From positions 186,001 to 219,224 of the forward strand of contig MEDY01000011.1 in NCBI GenBank assembly GCA_001724265.1: a stretch of 33,224 nt of DNA. Reading direction: 5' to 3'. Source of the DNA: Rhizaria sp. SCN 62-66. Its lineage: Eukaryota. The position numbers were made by a program, and so were the translations under genes. Under the pieces are notes generated by a model. It had not been told where the DNA came from and made no database searches. It was given only the letters and a program-made list of their open reading frames with translations. Positions 1 to 12,156 of this stretch are shown here, one piece after another; positions within the stretch are counted from its first letter, which is position 1, and every line of letters begins with the position of its first letter.

Positions 1-16
1 TGTGTTATATTCACAG

Positions 17-2868
17 CGCCGACGGTGACGGCCATCTCTGAGCTCCGCCGCCTTCGCCTGGGCACCCTCTCCCCCACCGCCCTGCGCTCCCGCGCGCGCT
101 CCAACACTTACGGCTCCCGCCGCGGCCCCCGCGCGGGCGAGGACGAGGACGACGCCGAGTGCGCCGACGCTGCCGAGACCGCCCGCGCCGTCGCCGCGGC
201 CGCCGCGAACGAGCCTGCGTGGCGCTCGACCCCGATGTACACCACCGACTCACCTACCTACACGGCCGAGGCCGGCGCGGCCGCCGCGGCCGCGAGCGGC
301 AAGGACACGGGCAAGGGGTTTGCCAGCGCGCTGCAGTGGTCGACGGTTGACTCGCTGCACGTGACGCTGAAGTTTGCGCACGCCGACGTCCGCCTCGGTG
401 CCATCTCTAACGCTGTCACCAACAGTACTGGCTCTGGCTCTAGCTCGAGTGCGAGTGCTGTGATTCTGCCGCCGCCGTCGCTGGCGGGCGCGCTCACCCT
501 CCTGTGCCCGCGCGACGCTCTGCCTCCTCACTATGACAGCTACGGCAACAGCAGTGACGATAGCCGTGGTACCGATGACGATAATAAGGAGGACGGTGAG
601 GGTTTGGTGCGTGTGGCGAGCCTGCAGGACGGATTCGACTCGCGCTACAGCCCGTACCCGCACCTGCCGCGCCGCGGTGGCCGCCACGGTGGCCGCCACG
701 GCGGCCGCCACGGTGGCCGCAGCCATCGTCGTGACAATGGTCACAATCACGATAACGCCGTCCACGGTGGCCGTCACGGTTACGGCCAGTCTGACGCCAA
801 TGTTGACATCAAAGACAGCGGCAGCGACGACAAGTCCCCGCTGCGCGCGCGCATGTTTGTGGCGGGCGCGCGCGGCGACCGGCTACGCGGCGTCAGCGCG
901 GGCGCGTTCGCGCTGTTCCCGCGCAAAAATCAGGCCGCCACGGGTTCCAGCATCACTCACCGCGACGACGATGACGATGAGGACGACGAGGATGAGGACG
1001 AGGACGATAATGATGAGCAGCAGCAGCAGCAGCAGGTGGCTGATGACGACGGCGACAGCAGCACCATGTCTCTCACGATCACCGTGCCCGTCCGCATCAC
1101 TCGTCTGCGCCCGCGCGTCCCCTCTGCAAGTGACCGTGAGCGCGGCTCGCCGCCCGAGATGGAGACCGAGACGGTGGTGCTGCTGCGCGAGGAGTGGCTG
1201 CCCCACTGCCGCATCGCCTACGCCCCTCTCGCCACGCAGTCTAGCGGCGGCGCTAATGATGGCGATGCTGTTCACGAGGCTCCTGAGGTTGATGGCCATG
1301 TCAGCAGCCCCACCGGCGCGCCCCAGCTCCGCTCCGCTGCCCACGGTCACCCCGCTGCCCACGGTCACTCTGACCGCAGTGGCCCCTGGTTCGGCGTCGG
1401 TGGCCGTCTCGTGCTGCTCGACGCCCCCAGTGTCAGTGTCAGTGCGACTGCGCAGTCGGTGGCGCCTTTCTCGCTCCCCATCCAGCCCCGCGCCTCCACA
1501 CCCCTGCTCACAGTCACCTCGGCCTCTAACAGCACCGCCGCCAACTCTGCTGGCAGGAGTGGTTCCTCAGCGACCGTGGCCGCGCGCGACGATGCGGCCG
1601 TGACCGTAAGCGAGCTGCCCGTGGTGGAGCGCGCCGTAGTGCGCTTGCGCCCCCACCGCTGCGCCCGCGCCCGCGCCTTCGCGCGCACGCTCAACCTCCT
1701 CACCGGCAACGGCAACGGCAATGGCAACGGGGATAGTGAGGGCGAGTCCGGGCTGTTTGAGGGTAGCGCGAGTACGGGCGGTGTGGTGATCGGCGCGGGC
1801 GCCCCGCTCAAGGGCCAGGCGCACTCGCCGGACACGGTGGCGCTGCTCGAGGCCGAGGTCAAGGTCGGCGGGATCGTGGGCAAGATGATCGACCCCGTCA
1901 CGGGCGGTATCACCAAGCCCATCATGGACCTGGGCAACGCGCTCATGATGGACTCGTTCACAGACCACTTCAACAAGAAGATGCAGAACTCGATCGCGAG
2001 CGAGGTCGTGCCCGACGTGTCGCTCATGCTGGGCGCCACGCTGCGCGCCAACCTAACCAACATCCTCGTCGACGCCGTCACCTACGCTGTCTCGCGCTCG
2101 CTCATCGACGGCGTCAAGAACGCGTGGGTGCCACCCATCGTCGCGCGCCTGGCCGAGGTGCTGCCGCCCAAGGTGTCGAAGCCGCTGGAGCTGGTGTTGA
2201 AGCAAAAGATCCCCTACTTCGTCAACTCGCACATCCCCGAGATCATCGCGCGTAGCCTCGGGCTGACGCTGACGCAGGGCCTGACGCGCGTTATCACGCA
2301 CGCCGTGGTGCCCGCGCTCACGCACGCGCTGCCGCACCACCAGAACAGCGACGCATATTGCACCATGTGCGCCAACGGCGTCCACGAGGCGTGCCACTTA
2401 TGCCACTTCGCGCCGACCACGGTGTACTACCAGCTCTACTACGCGACCTACTACAGCGATTACTATGCGGGTTACTATGCCGACTACTACACGGCCGCGG
2501 TGCGCCGCGTGGACGAGGTGAAGCACGTGCAGAGCCAGATCCCGGGCACAGTGCTATTGCCGCAGGCCATCGAGTACATCGTCAAGATCAACTACGGTAA
2601 CGCTTTCGCGGCGGGTAAGCCTGACGAGACCGACGAAGAGGCCGCCGAGGACGACGACGACGATGCTTCGCTGCTCGAAAGCGCCGGCAGCAGCGCCAAG
2701 AAGGCCAAGAAGACCGCCGCCGGCAAGACCAAGACCGCGAGCGGCAGGGGCTCCCTAGGTTCCGGCGCCGCGACCGCGGGCCTGAGCGCGGCGGCCGAGA
2801 CCGAGGGGCTGGAGCGGCTCGGCGTCGGCGTGATTGAGACCAGCGAGATGAGCGAGAGCGCTGATTGA
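17..2868 (+). CDS. Hypothetical protein, 5'-partial (last exon). Low-complexity N-half; helical region plus CxxC/CxxC and Tyr-rich (YYxxYY) C-terminal domain
   Basis: Open frame of ~950 codons with strong GC3 bias, ending in TGA at 2866-2868. A 3' splice site (ttcacag, ending at 16) precedes it, so the start probably lies upstream of the window. Ordered-looking region at ~1840-2610. Confidence 0.8.
676..720 (+). repeat. 12-bp coding tandem repeat GGYGGCCGCCAC (GGRH x ~3.75)
   Basis: Directly visible repeat units at 676, 688, 700 and 712, with another GGRH copy near 766. Confidence 0.9.
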
Positions 2869-3947
2869 GCGCGCCTCGGTTGAGCGAGTGGTTGCGACAC
2901 AGGATGACTGGAAAGTGGAATGATGATGATTTGAGCAGCGTTGCTATGGGACTGCTCGAGTGCAAGAGGGCCAATAGATGCGGCTTTGCGCTGAAGCAAA
3001 TGCGTCAAAAAATATGACTGCAGTAATAAGATATCAAATAATACAATGCTCAATTATAAACGCTGTCTAACTTTCGTAGAACTCGACGTATCTTCGCATC
3101 GGTGCATTTTAGTTACGTTGATGAGAGGAGGGGTGAACAGCTGAAATGGACGTATAAAGCCAAGATAGATGGTATCAGCCATAAAATTGTGTGAGTGGTA
3201 TTTAAAGTTCCTGTTTTTGTATTATTCATTTATCAATATTTTATCTCACCAAGAATATATATGGATATGGACCGAGAAGAAGGTAGTGATGAGCTCACCA
3301 TAAGCACGCCTTTCTCACAACTTTCGACTGGAAAGTCGGGAAAACAATGAGCTGTGAAATAAAAACATGATGTTGCTTAATAAAACAACATGTCACTGCT
3401 AGACGCGCTGTTATTCGAATGCAGAATCTTGAAGAAGACGTGCTAGACGCAAGAAACTTGGTTCGGGCGAGGGAGGCAACAAGAAGGTTCTATCGAGAAC
3501 GGAGTTTCTCACGTCATACTTAGCGGCTTGAAACGTCAACATCAGTCCTCAAATGGCTGCGACTATAGAAATCGTCGTTCTGTTCTCTTAACTATTTACT
3601 ATAGAGGCCCAAAACACGATAATAATGCAGTATATCAATTGACCGAAAGTGCGCACCCCTCGAACTAGAATGCCCAGCAAGCCCCGCTTAGTCCCATTTG
3701 CCTACCTGTTCTTGAACGTAAAACTCGAAACTATGTTTTGTTCCATTTACGCTTCTACCGCTGACACCTTCTAAACTTGGTATTTTATGTATGGCTTTCT
3801 GTTTCCCTCACTTTTCCGCCCCTTAACACAGCGAGGTTTGCCCTCGTCAACGACGTCGTTCCCCTTCGCCTTCTTCCACCCTCTGCCGCCGTCGCACCCC
3901 GCCTCTGTTCGTGCCCGTGCCCTCACCAGCACGACTGTGCACTTTAC

Positions 3948-6506
3948 ATGCAGGTCACTCCCCATCAAGACGCCCCCCCGGGCGATAACCCTGGTGTACG
4001 TCTCCCCTCAGCGCCGCGCTCACTTTGTCTTCTCCAACCCTTTCCATCCAACAGAATGCATCGTTTTCCGCTCCAACATCGCACCTTTTGCTTCCGAAAC
4101 TCACTCATTGATCTCTTCTTGCTTGTCTCTTTTTATATGTTTGACTAATTTCTCCCACTTACGCCTTTCCCCGCGCGCCCCGCTCAGCTCCAGTACCACC
4201 CCACGAGCAAGCTGCTCAACTACGACGGCTATTACCACAAGCTCACCGAGGAGCAGCAGGGCAAGCTTGACCGCATGCGCGCCCTCGCGCTCGAGCACGA
4301 CCTTTTCCCACTGATGGACAAGCACCGCTGCGCGCCCTCGGAGACGCGCGACCACATGTTCCTGCGATTTCTCCGCGCGCGCAAGTTCAAGGTGACCAAG
4401 GCGTGGGAGCTGCTCGAGGCCGACCTCAAGTGGCGCGAGGACACCGACATCCAGGCTCTGGCGCGCAAGACGCCCGCCGAGATCCTGGGCGTGGAGGACC
4501 TTGGCCCCGTGGTGACGCGCATGCCTTGGTGGCACCAGGGTTTCGACAAAGAGGGCCGCCCTGTCGTGTGGAAGACCTTCGGCAACTGCGACGTGGCCAA
4601 GGTGCTTGAGCACACCACGCTCGACGGGCTGCTCAACCTGCATCTGTGGCAGCAGGAGTACAGTCTGCGCCAGTGCGCGCTGCAGGGCGCGCGGACGGGC
4701 CACGCCGTGGAGACGATTGTGGCCGTGTTCGATGCCACCGACTGGGCCATGAAGCTCGCCACGCGCACCGCCTACTCGTTCCTCAAGGGCATGGCCGACC
4801 TCGACAACGTCCATTACCCCGAGCGGCTGGGCGCCATCGTCGTCATCAACGCGCCCTACATGCTCGCCTTCGTGTGGAAGATCGTCTCGACCTGGCTCGA
4901 CGAGCGCACCAAGCAGAAGATCTTCATCAAGCGCGGCAAGGACGACTACCTGCCCGTGCTTAAGCAGCTCATGGACGATGACCAGATCCCGCAGGAGTTC
5001 GGCGGCACGGGACTCATCCGCGCGCCCGTGGACATGCTCCAGCTCCGCTTCCCCGAGTCCGAGGCGCTCAAAGACGAGAACCGGCCCAACCTCCGTGTCT
5101 ACGAGCCCTACGGCGACTCCAAGGCCGCCGCTGCCGACGCCAGCGCGGACGCCAGCGCGGACGCGGGCGCGGAGGGCGGTGTGCCGGCCACGATCCCCGA
5201 GGAGCCCGAGGGCGGCCCCGACGCGCACGACGCCGACCAGGACGGCCGCGTCGTCGTCTCCGGCCCTGTCGCCACCGGAACTGTGCTCACGGCCGCCGTG
5301 TCCCCCAGCAGCAGCGCCGGCGCCGCGCGCCGCACCCTGCGCGCCGGCACCGTCAGCGGCCCCGCCTCCTCGTCGTCCTCGCTCTCCGCGTCGTCCTCCT
5401 ACAGCAGCACGCAGCAGGGCCTCGTCGCGATCGCGTCCTCGCCCTCGAGCTCGAGCGTGGGCGGCGGCTACAGTGCGGGCAACGGGTCCCCGCGCATGCA
5501 GCAGGGCTTCCTGCCGCGCGCCGCCTCGCTCTCGGTCAGCACCGGCTCCGCACACGTCCAGCAGCAGCAGCAGCCGCTGTCATCGCTGCGGCTGCGGCAG
5601 CCGCACCCGGCGCCGCTGCTGACGCGCGCGCCCAGCGCCGAGGACTCGACCGAGCGGCCCGCGCTGGCGTCGCCGACGATGCGCGACGCGTCCTTCCTTC
5701 GCCTAAGCGAGGCCGACAAGGAGCTTCTCGCGCAGCGTGTGCGCGCCTCGGCGCAGGCCGCCGCGCGCGACGCCGCCGCGCTGCTGCGGCTGCGCGGCGA
5801 CGTCACGGTCGAGTACACCGACGGCGACGACGGCGACGACGTCGAGTCGGGCTCCGGCTCCGACTGGGGGCTCTCTGACGCCGACGACGACGACAATCAT
5901 CTCGGCAGCGGCAAGGCCGGCCAACGCCCCCGCGGCGACGCCGCCAAGAAGACCGCCGCCGCCGCCAACGCCGCCGCTGCACGTTGCGGCGCATCGGCAG
6001 GCTCGCGCTCTGCCGGCGCTGCGGCGGGCTCCGGCCGTGCGACGCTGCCCGCTCTGCTGCTGCTCTCTCTAGCGGCCACGGCGTGCCTCGCGCTCAGCGC
6101 CTTTGCGGCCTCGGCCCCGCTGGCGCCGCTCGTCCCCGTGGCCGGCGCCAGTATCAGCGCCGGTGTCACGGTGACGGTCCGCGAGGCGGCTCACGCACTG
6201 GCGGTTGCGCTCACCAGCACCCCCCTGTTCGCGGCCGCCCACGCGCTCGCGCTGCCCGCGCTGGCCGCCGCCAACGCCACGCTGCTTGCACTCTTCCTCT
6301 CGGGCCGCCTCGCGCTCAGCGACGGCAGCGGGACCAAGAGCAAGAGCAGCGGCAAGTCCCCCCGGTCCGCGCGCCCGCCGCAGCCGCCGCAGCCCTCCGC
6401 CGCAGGGACAGTGGGCGCCGAGTGGGACCGGCAGGTGGGCAGCTCTGGCACCGCCGTCGACGGCAAGGCGCTCAAGATGTACCTCCAGCGCCTTGACATG
6501 ATGTGA
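3948..6506 (+). CDS. Sec14/CRAL-TRIO lipid-binding protein with C-terminal hydrophobic segments; join(3948..3995,4188..6506), ~788 aa
   Basis: CRAL-TRIO N motif FLRFLRARKFKV and core motifs GFDKEGRPV, HYPERLGAIVVINAP, IPQEFGGT. A phase-0 intron joins MQVTPHQDAPPGDNPG to LQYHPTSKLLNYDGY in frame. The true first exon could lie further upstream. Confidence 0.9.
3996..4187 (+). other. Spliceosomal intron of the Sec14 gene
   Basis: GTACGT donor, GACTAAT branch-like site at ~4143, pyrimidine tract and CAG acceptor. An alternative in-frame CAG ends at 4193. Confidence 0.75.
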
Positions 6507-7597
6507 GCTGATTGAGACTCATGTGGTAGTGGTGTTGCGAGGTTACCGAATGTGATGAGAGCGGTGCGGGTGTTGAGTTGAGAAGGATATTAATAGCAGT
6601 GTGTTTTAACAGTGCTATTTGCGCTCACCATGAACTCTGCTTGCGGCGTCTTGTTGCCTTTTGCATCTGTTTATTTGTGTTTTCTTTTAAAAACATTTGT
6701 CTCCATGATGAGATTGCTTGTGTCGGGTGTGTTGCGTGTCAACTTCGCTTCGCTTACATCACATCTCATCTGCTTTTCTTTGCTCTGTCTATTGCTTTGT
6801 TCTGTGTCACTCGTTGATATGTTCCCTATGTATATTGTTCCACAGTCAGCTGCTTGGTGATTCGGTCTGTCTGTGCCTCTGTATGTGTATCTGTCTCGGG
6901 CTTTGTGTGTGTGCGCGTGTGCTGAGTTGGTCGCATCATCAAACCGTGTCGTGCTTCGCCGCGCGCGACGGCCGCTTGCGCCACGCACCTGTTTCGAATG
7001 TATATCAGCCAGTTATGTGTTGGTGTTGTCAATGTGCTCGTATCGTGTAAATACATAACTCGCTTATTCCTTTGCATTGTGTGCATGTTTGCTGCAATTC
7101 TAATCACACGGTTACTCACAGCCACGAACGCATCTTGAACTCCTGACTGACGTATCCAACATCGAAAACGACGATGCTTGTAACACAATGACCGTCAAAT
7201 ACGTTCCTGGTGGTCTTTCTTGAATTGAATTTTTGTTTTGTACATTATATTTCTTTTGTGCTAAAGGTTAGCACACCCTCGTGCTAACATGGACGGACCT
7301 TTCTTGCTCAATGGTAGAGCATGTGTCGGGTCTTCAGCTCGAACACAAAAGCAAGGCGCAAAGTCTCATATCGCGTCCATTGTTGGTTTTACTGTAGTAC
7401 TATGTATTTTACACTCTAAATCAATGGATAACTCACCTATATCCTCCTTTGTTATCATTTCTCTCTGACACTCCTCGCGCGAGCAGCTCGAGTCAAGACG
7501 CCCGCTTGTTTGCCATCTTGTTCTCGCACCGTTTCGTCCGCCCACGCGCTCTCTCGTTGACTCGCTCTTGTGAGCTGACCGCGCTCCTGCAGCACAC

Positions 7598-10500
7598 ATG
7601 AGCTCACGTGGCGAAATCCGATGGAGTTGGTACGTTCTGCTTATTTCGCCTCTCTTTTATCTCTCCTTGTGTCGTCTTGAATTTTCCTCTTACACAAGCT
7701 TTCTTACTATGTCTCGTTCGCTTACAGGATTGCCGGCCCCGCGACGCGCGCTTTTCCCACGGCCTCCGCCGCCGCCCTCACCGCGGCCGCGCTGCGCCGC
7801 GCACACGCCGCGCCCTTCTGCTCCGACGTGCACAACAACAACAACAATAACAATAACATCAATAACAGCAGCGGCGACAGCAGTGCTACCGCCGCGCGCG
7901 TGCTGGTGCCCCCCGCCGCGGCACTCTCGGCGGCCGAGCTGTCCCGCCTGGCGCCGCCGCCGCCGCCCCCGCGCGCCGTCATCGTGCGCGCAGTGGTCCA
8001 GGAGCTGCTTTCGCAGGCCGCGGCCGATCGCCTCGGCTCACTGCCCACCGTCGCGGCTGCGCTCGATAACGACAAAAAGAGCACAGCCGCGTCTGTCATC
8101 GCCGCGGTTCACTCCAAAAGCGCCAGTGTAAACGCGAGCGCGAGTGCGAGTGTACACGGCGGCGGCAGCGCCGTCGTCGCGGTATCACCCGCGACGCACG
8201 GCGCGACATCAGCGCACGGTGTGGTGCGGAACCCGCTTGTGGTGGCGCTGGTGCTCTCGTTCCTGCCGCTGCGCGCGCTGTGCGGCGCCGCGCGCGTGTC
8301 CCGCGCCTTCGCGCTGGGCTCCGCGCTTGCGCGCGCGCACAACGCGGTGCTGCTACCGCTTGCGCTCGCTGGCTTCGGCCGCCGCGACCCGGGCAGCGGC
8401 GCGCGCGGCCGCAGGAACAAGTGCAGGTGTGCGAGCCGCGTGTGGGCTCACGACGAGGACAACAGCGACAGCGATCACTGCGATGATGACGACGATGACG
8501 ATGACGGGGTTAGACACTTAGACGGGTCTAGGGGGGGGTACTGGGCCGAGTCCATCGACGGGCCCGGGCCGGCTGGCAGCGGCAGCGGCGGCAGTGGGAG
8601 CAAGGCCAGTCGCAACAGTCTCGGCGCAAGTAAAGTTGAGGTTGCGCGCGATATCAACGGCAACGTCATCCACAGTGAGAGTGAAAATGATCACGACGGC
8701 AATGACAACGAGAATGACGATGTTGCCAAGGACAGTGACAATGCCGCTGATCCTGAGGCTGCTCATTCTCTTGCAGTCATTGATGCTGCGCCTGCGGCCG
8801 TAGCAGTTGTCTGTCACTGCAGTTGCCGCGGGTGCAAGCTCGGCGGTTGTGCCGGTCCCAGCAACAGCAGCATGAGCCATAGCGCGAGTGCTCCTGCGAG
8901 TTGCAGCGACTGCAGCGACGACGGCCACGGCCACGGCGACTTCTACACCGACAGCGATGGTGATGGCGATGGCGACAACAACGACGACGACGCCGCTGCT
9001 AATAACAGCAACAACAACAACAACAACGCTGGCTCAAACAGTAACGCTGCCGCTGTCAGCCGCGGCGGTATCGGCAGCCGCAAGGCCCGTCGCCTCGCCC
9101 GCGCCGCGCGCCGAGCCGCCGCTGCCGCCGCGGCCCAGGCCCGCGCCGCGGCGGCCGCGCGCGCGGAGGCGCTGGAGGAGGACCGCGCGTACGGCAGCGG
9201 GCCGTTGGGCGACGAGGGCTCGGTCGACCCGCACACGCTCAGGCCCACGGTCCCTGGCGCGAACTGCGCGGCAGGCAGACAGGCGGCCCGGTCCGCAACT
9301 GCTGCTGCTGCTGTTTCGAGTGCGCAGCGGCGGCAGCAGCGGCGGCAGAGGCAGCGGAAGCGCGTTGTGCCGACGGTGCGCGGCCGCGCGTGGGCGCTGG
9401 CTTTGGGCGTTGATGGCTCTGTGACGGGCATTCTCGCCGCGCTCGGGCTTGACGCCGACTACGCGATCAGTGGTGAAACCGGCAGGACTGACAGCGATGG
9501 GGCGAGCTGTCGGTCCCCCGTGCTGCCGCCGCTGCCCTCACAGCAGCCACAGCCGACTCCGCACGAGCGCGTGCTGTCGGCGTGCTACGTGGCGCTATGC
9601 CGCGCGCCTCTGCCGGCGTCTACCGCGCTGCTGATCGCCAAGGACGTCCCCCGCACTCTGCTGCACCTGTCCGCCTTCCCGCCGCCGCCGCTGCCGCCGG
9701 CCGCGGCGTTTCCATCGCCCTCGGCACACGCGCGCGCCGTGGCGGCGGCGGCGCAGGCGGCCGAGGCGGCGGCCAACGCAGCGCTGGCGCGCGTGCTGCA
9801 CTGCGCGGCGCTGCTGGATCCCGCCGTGACGTACTGCCAGGGCATGAACTTCCTCGCGGGCCAACTCCTCACGCAGCTGCCAGAGCCCGCCGCGCTGTGG
9901 GCCATGTACGCGCTGCTCTCGGGCACGCGCGCCGCCGACGCCGCCGCCGACGCGGATGCGCGTGTGGTGTGCCCCTTGGGCGCGGCGGCCGAGGCGGAGA
10001 ACGAGGCCGAGGCCGACGCCGCGGTGGTGCGCGCGCCCGGCACGGGGCTGCGGCTGAAAGACACGCTGTGCTTCGCCCTATTCACCGGGTCAAACTCGCT
10101 TTACGCCAACGCCAACCGCCGCATGAGCAGCGGCGGCGGTGGGAAGACGACGGCTGCAACTGTGCCCGACTTTGCAGGACGCGTGTTCCCGCGCGCCGGC
10201 CTTTCTGCGGCGCGCGCGGCGGCTGCGGCGGCGGGCAGCGCGCCGGATCTCAGCTTCCGCGCGCTGTTCCTTCCCTCGCTGGCGGGCATGCGCGTGTGGC
10301 GGTTCGTGTTCAACGAGCTGCTGCGCGAGCAGAGGCCCGCGCTCTTTGCGCACCTGGTCGCCGTGTCGCTGCCCATTGATGTGCTCACCGAGGTACGTGA
10401 CGCGCCACTCAAACTCACTTTGTTGATGCTCTCTTACGTATTCTTCTCAATCTCCCACTGTCTCACTCGTTTCCTCTTCTGAACTTGCTTCCCTAATTAT

Positions 10501-10978
10501 TGCGCACGTAAACTCAGTGGTTCATGACCCTGTTCGCGTTCCCCGCCTTCCCGAGCGCGGCGACGCGGCGCCTGTGGGACTGGTTCACGGCCGCGGGGCC
10601 CGGCGCCGTGCTGCAGACGGCGCTGGCCGTGCTCGCGCTGTGCGAGCCCGCGCTGCTGGGCCGGCCCTTTGAGCAGATCTACGCTTTTATCAAGAAGCGC
10701 ATGCGCAGGGTACGGCTCGAATCGATCGTGTTTACTTCCTGCAGCTTGAAACGACTTGTTTATTCTGTTTACCTGTGTTGCTCAATCACTCACTCTCTCA
10801 CGCACTCAAACCTTGTCCTTTGCTCTTGATCTTGTTTCAGTCGCTGGTGCGCCCGCAGCGGCTGCTATGCGTCGCGCGCACGTTCGCGCTGTCCGCCGGC
10901 GACCTGGCTGCACTTCAATCCGCCGCCGTCGCACACATCGCTGTTCACGGCAGCGCGCTTCCGGGCTGGCCCATGTAA
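7598..10978 (+). CDS. TBC-domain Rab GTPase-activating protein with N-terminal F-box-like motif; join(7598..7629,7728..10392,10518..10709,10841..10978), ~1008 aa
   Basis: Catalytic TBC motifs IAKDVPRT (9634-9657) and YCQGMNF (9832-9852), then WFMTLF and RLWD in exon 3. Three GT-AG introns (GTACGT, GTACGT, GTACGG donors) are all phase-compatible. Stop is TAA at 10976-10978. Confidence 0.88.
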
Positions 10979-11217
10979 ACCAGCACGCAACTGGGGCGTG
11001 AACGTGAATGGCAACAGCGATTTTGGCCTCTCTCGTTGCGCGTTCTAATATTACTTCGCTGAATACATAGTCTTGTTTTGTAACACTACATTGAGGAAGA
11101 ATGCGTGCATATGGTTTTACATGCTGCAAAAGAAAAATGCGTCCGTACATGCGGAAGACGTTGCGGAGAACCAAAAAAATATGGTTAGCTTGCGCGTGCG
11201 GCATGGGTGGGAAAAGC

Positions 11218-11227
11218 AAAAAAAGAA
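11218..11227 (-). terminator. RNA polymerase III oligo-T terminator of tRNA-Lys
   Basis: TTCTTTTTTT immediately follows the tRNA 3' end on the minus strand. Confidence 0.75.
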
Positions 11228-11300
11228 AGCCACCGGCGGGGCTCGAACCCGCGGCTAATCGGTTAAGAGCCGAACACTCTACCGACTGAGTTACGACGGC
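11228..11300 (-). tRNA. tRNA-Lys, anticodon CTT
   Basis: Minus strand reads GCCGTCG TA ACTC AGTCGGTA GAGT G TTCGG CTCTTAA CCGAT TAGCC GCGGG TTCGAGC CCCGC CGGTGGC T. This gives a full cloverleaf with A and B boxes and no encoded CCA. Confidence 0.93.
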
Positions 11301-12156
11301 AATCGTAAGTTTTAATCGAGTAACGAATTACTTGATGGGGAAAGAGCTGAATTTGCTAATATCTATAGTTATAGTAATTCATATAGAATGTCACACGTCT
11401 GCATAAATAATTTCATGTGTGTATAATATATCAAGTATTTCTGACTCATCATAATCCTAGATAATCAATATCAGCGTTATTAATAAAAATATAAAACGAA
11501 ATGCAAATGTCGCTCGAAAAAAGCGGAGCTCAAAGCTTAAAGCGGCGGAAAACAAAGCTGACGGGGCGGACGAGACCTACGGAAAAGCTCATATGCGCTT
11601 GGAAATCGCAATATTAATGGTTTTTTAAAAGAGTATAGTTTATTAGAGCAACAATTTTATATGTTTTAAAACATTAATTGATCTTTCAAGGGCACTGTCT
11701 CGTTCAATTAGAAGTTGAGTTGCGTTTCTTCGGCCGAAGAATGCAGCCGAAGGAGACATACGAAGGCCAAATTACGTTACGAGCTGGTTGGAGGATAAAG
11801 CGTTACAAATCAAAGTGGGATGGAAGTTTAAAGAATAATGAAAGGGTTGGGATAAAATATTCATTTGTATTAGGTTGTGATTCTCATGTTTATACCCTTT
11901 GGAGAGACCAAAGTGCGCACTTTGTGCACACTTGAGATGCAGCAAAACACTGATGTGATTTACTTGTTTCGCAAACAAAACGAAAAAAGAAAAGGGCAAG
12001 AGAGGAAAACATTGGACACAAGATACTGACCTAGAGGACAGTCAGTGGCTTTTTAGAAAAAAAAGAAGAAGGAACTCGTTAAGAAAGAAAGAAAGAGAGA
12101 AAGTCGGTCATAAACAACATGCTGCGCAGTTTACGCACAACAGGAGCGTCAACAGC

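Noticed and set aside
2904-2994. ATGATGA...CTGA resembling a C/D snoRNA, or an ATGA/AA SECIS-like pattern after a TGA stop
   Set aside because: No terminal stem or recognisable rRNA guide, and the SECIS helix does not pair. Most likely ordinary 3' UTR.
3325-3340. CGACT-GGAA-AGTCG GNRA hairpin, with GACTGGAAAGT repeated at ~2906
   Set aside because: Short isolated stem and an 11-mer repeat, both compatible with chance.
3676-3696. Minus-strand GACTAAGCGGGGCTTGC resembling RNase MRP CR-V
   Set aside because: No matching CR-I (GAAAGTCCCC-like) partner was found upstream on that strand.
11262-11270. tRNA as an amber or ochre suppressor explaining the TAG
   Set aside because: The seven-base loop CT-CTT-AA places CTT (Lys) at positions 34-36, not CTA or TTA.
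11726-11741. Perfect 16-bp palindrome TTCTTCGGCCGAAGAA
   Set aside because: Isolated, with no flanking repeat, target-site duplication or element structure.
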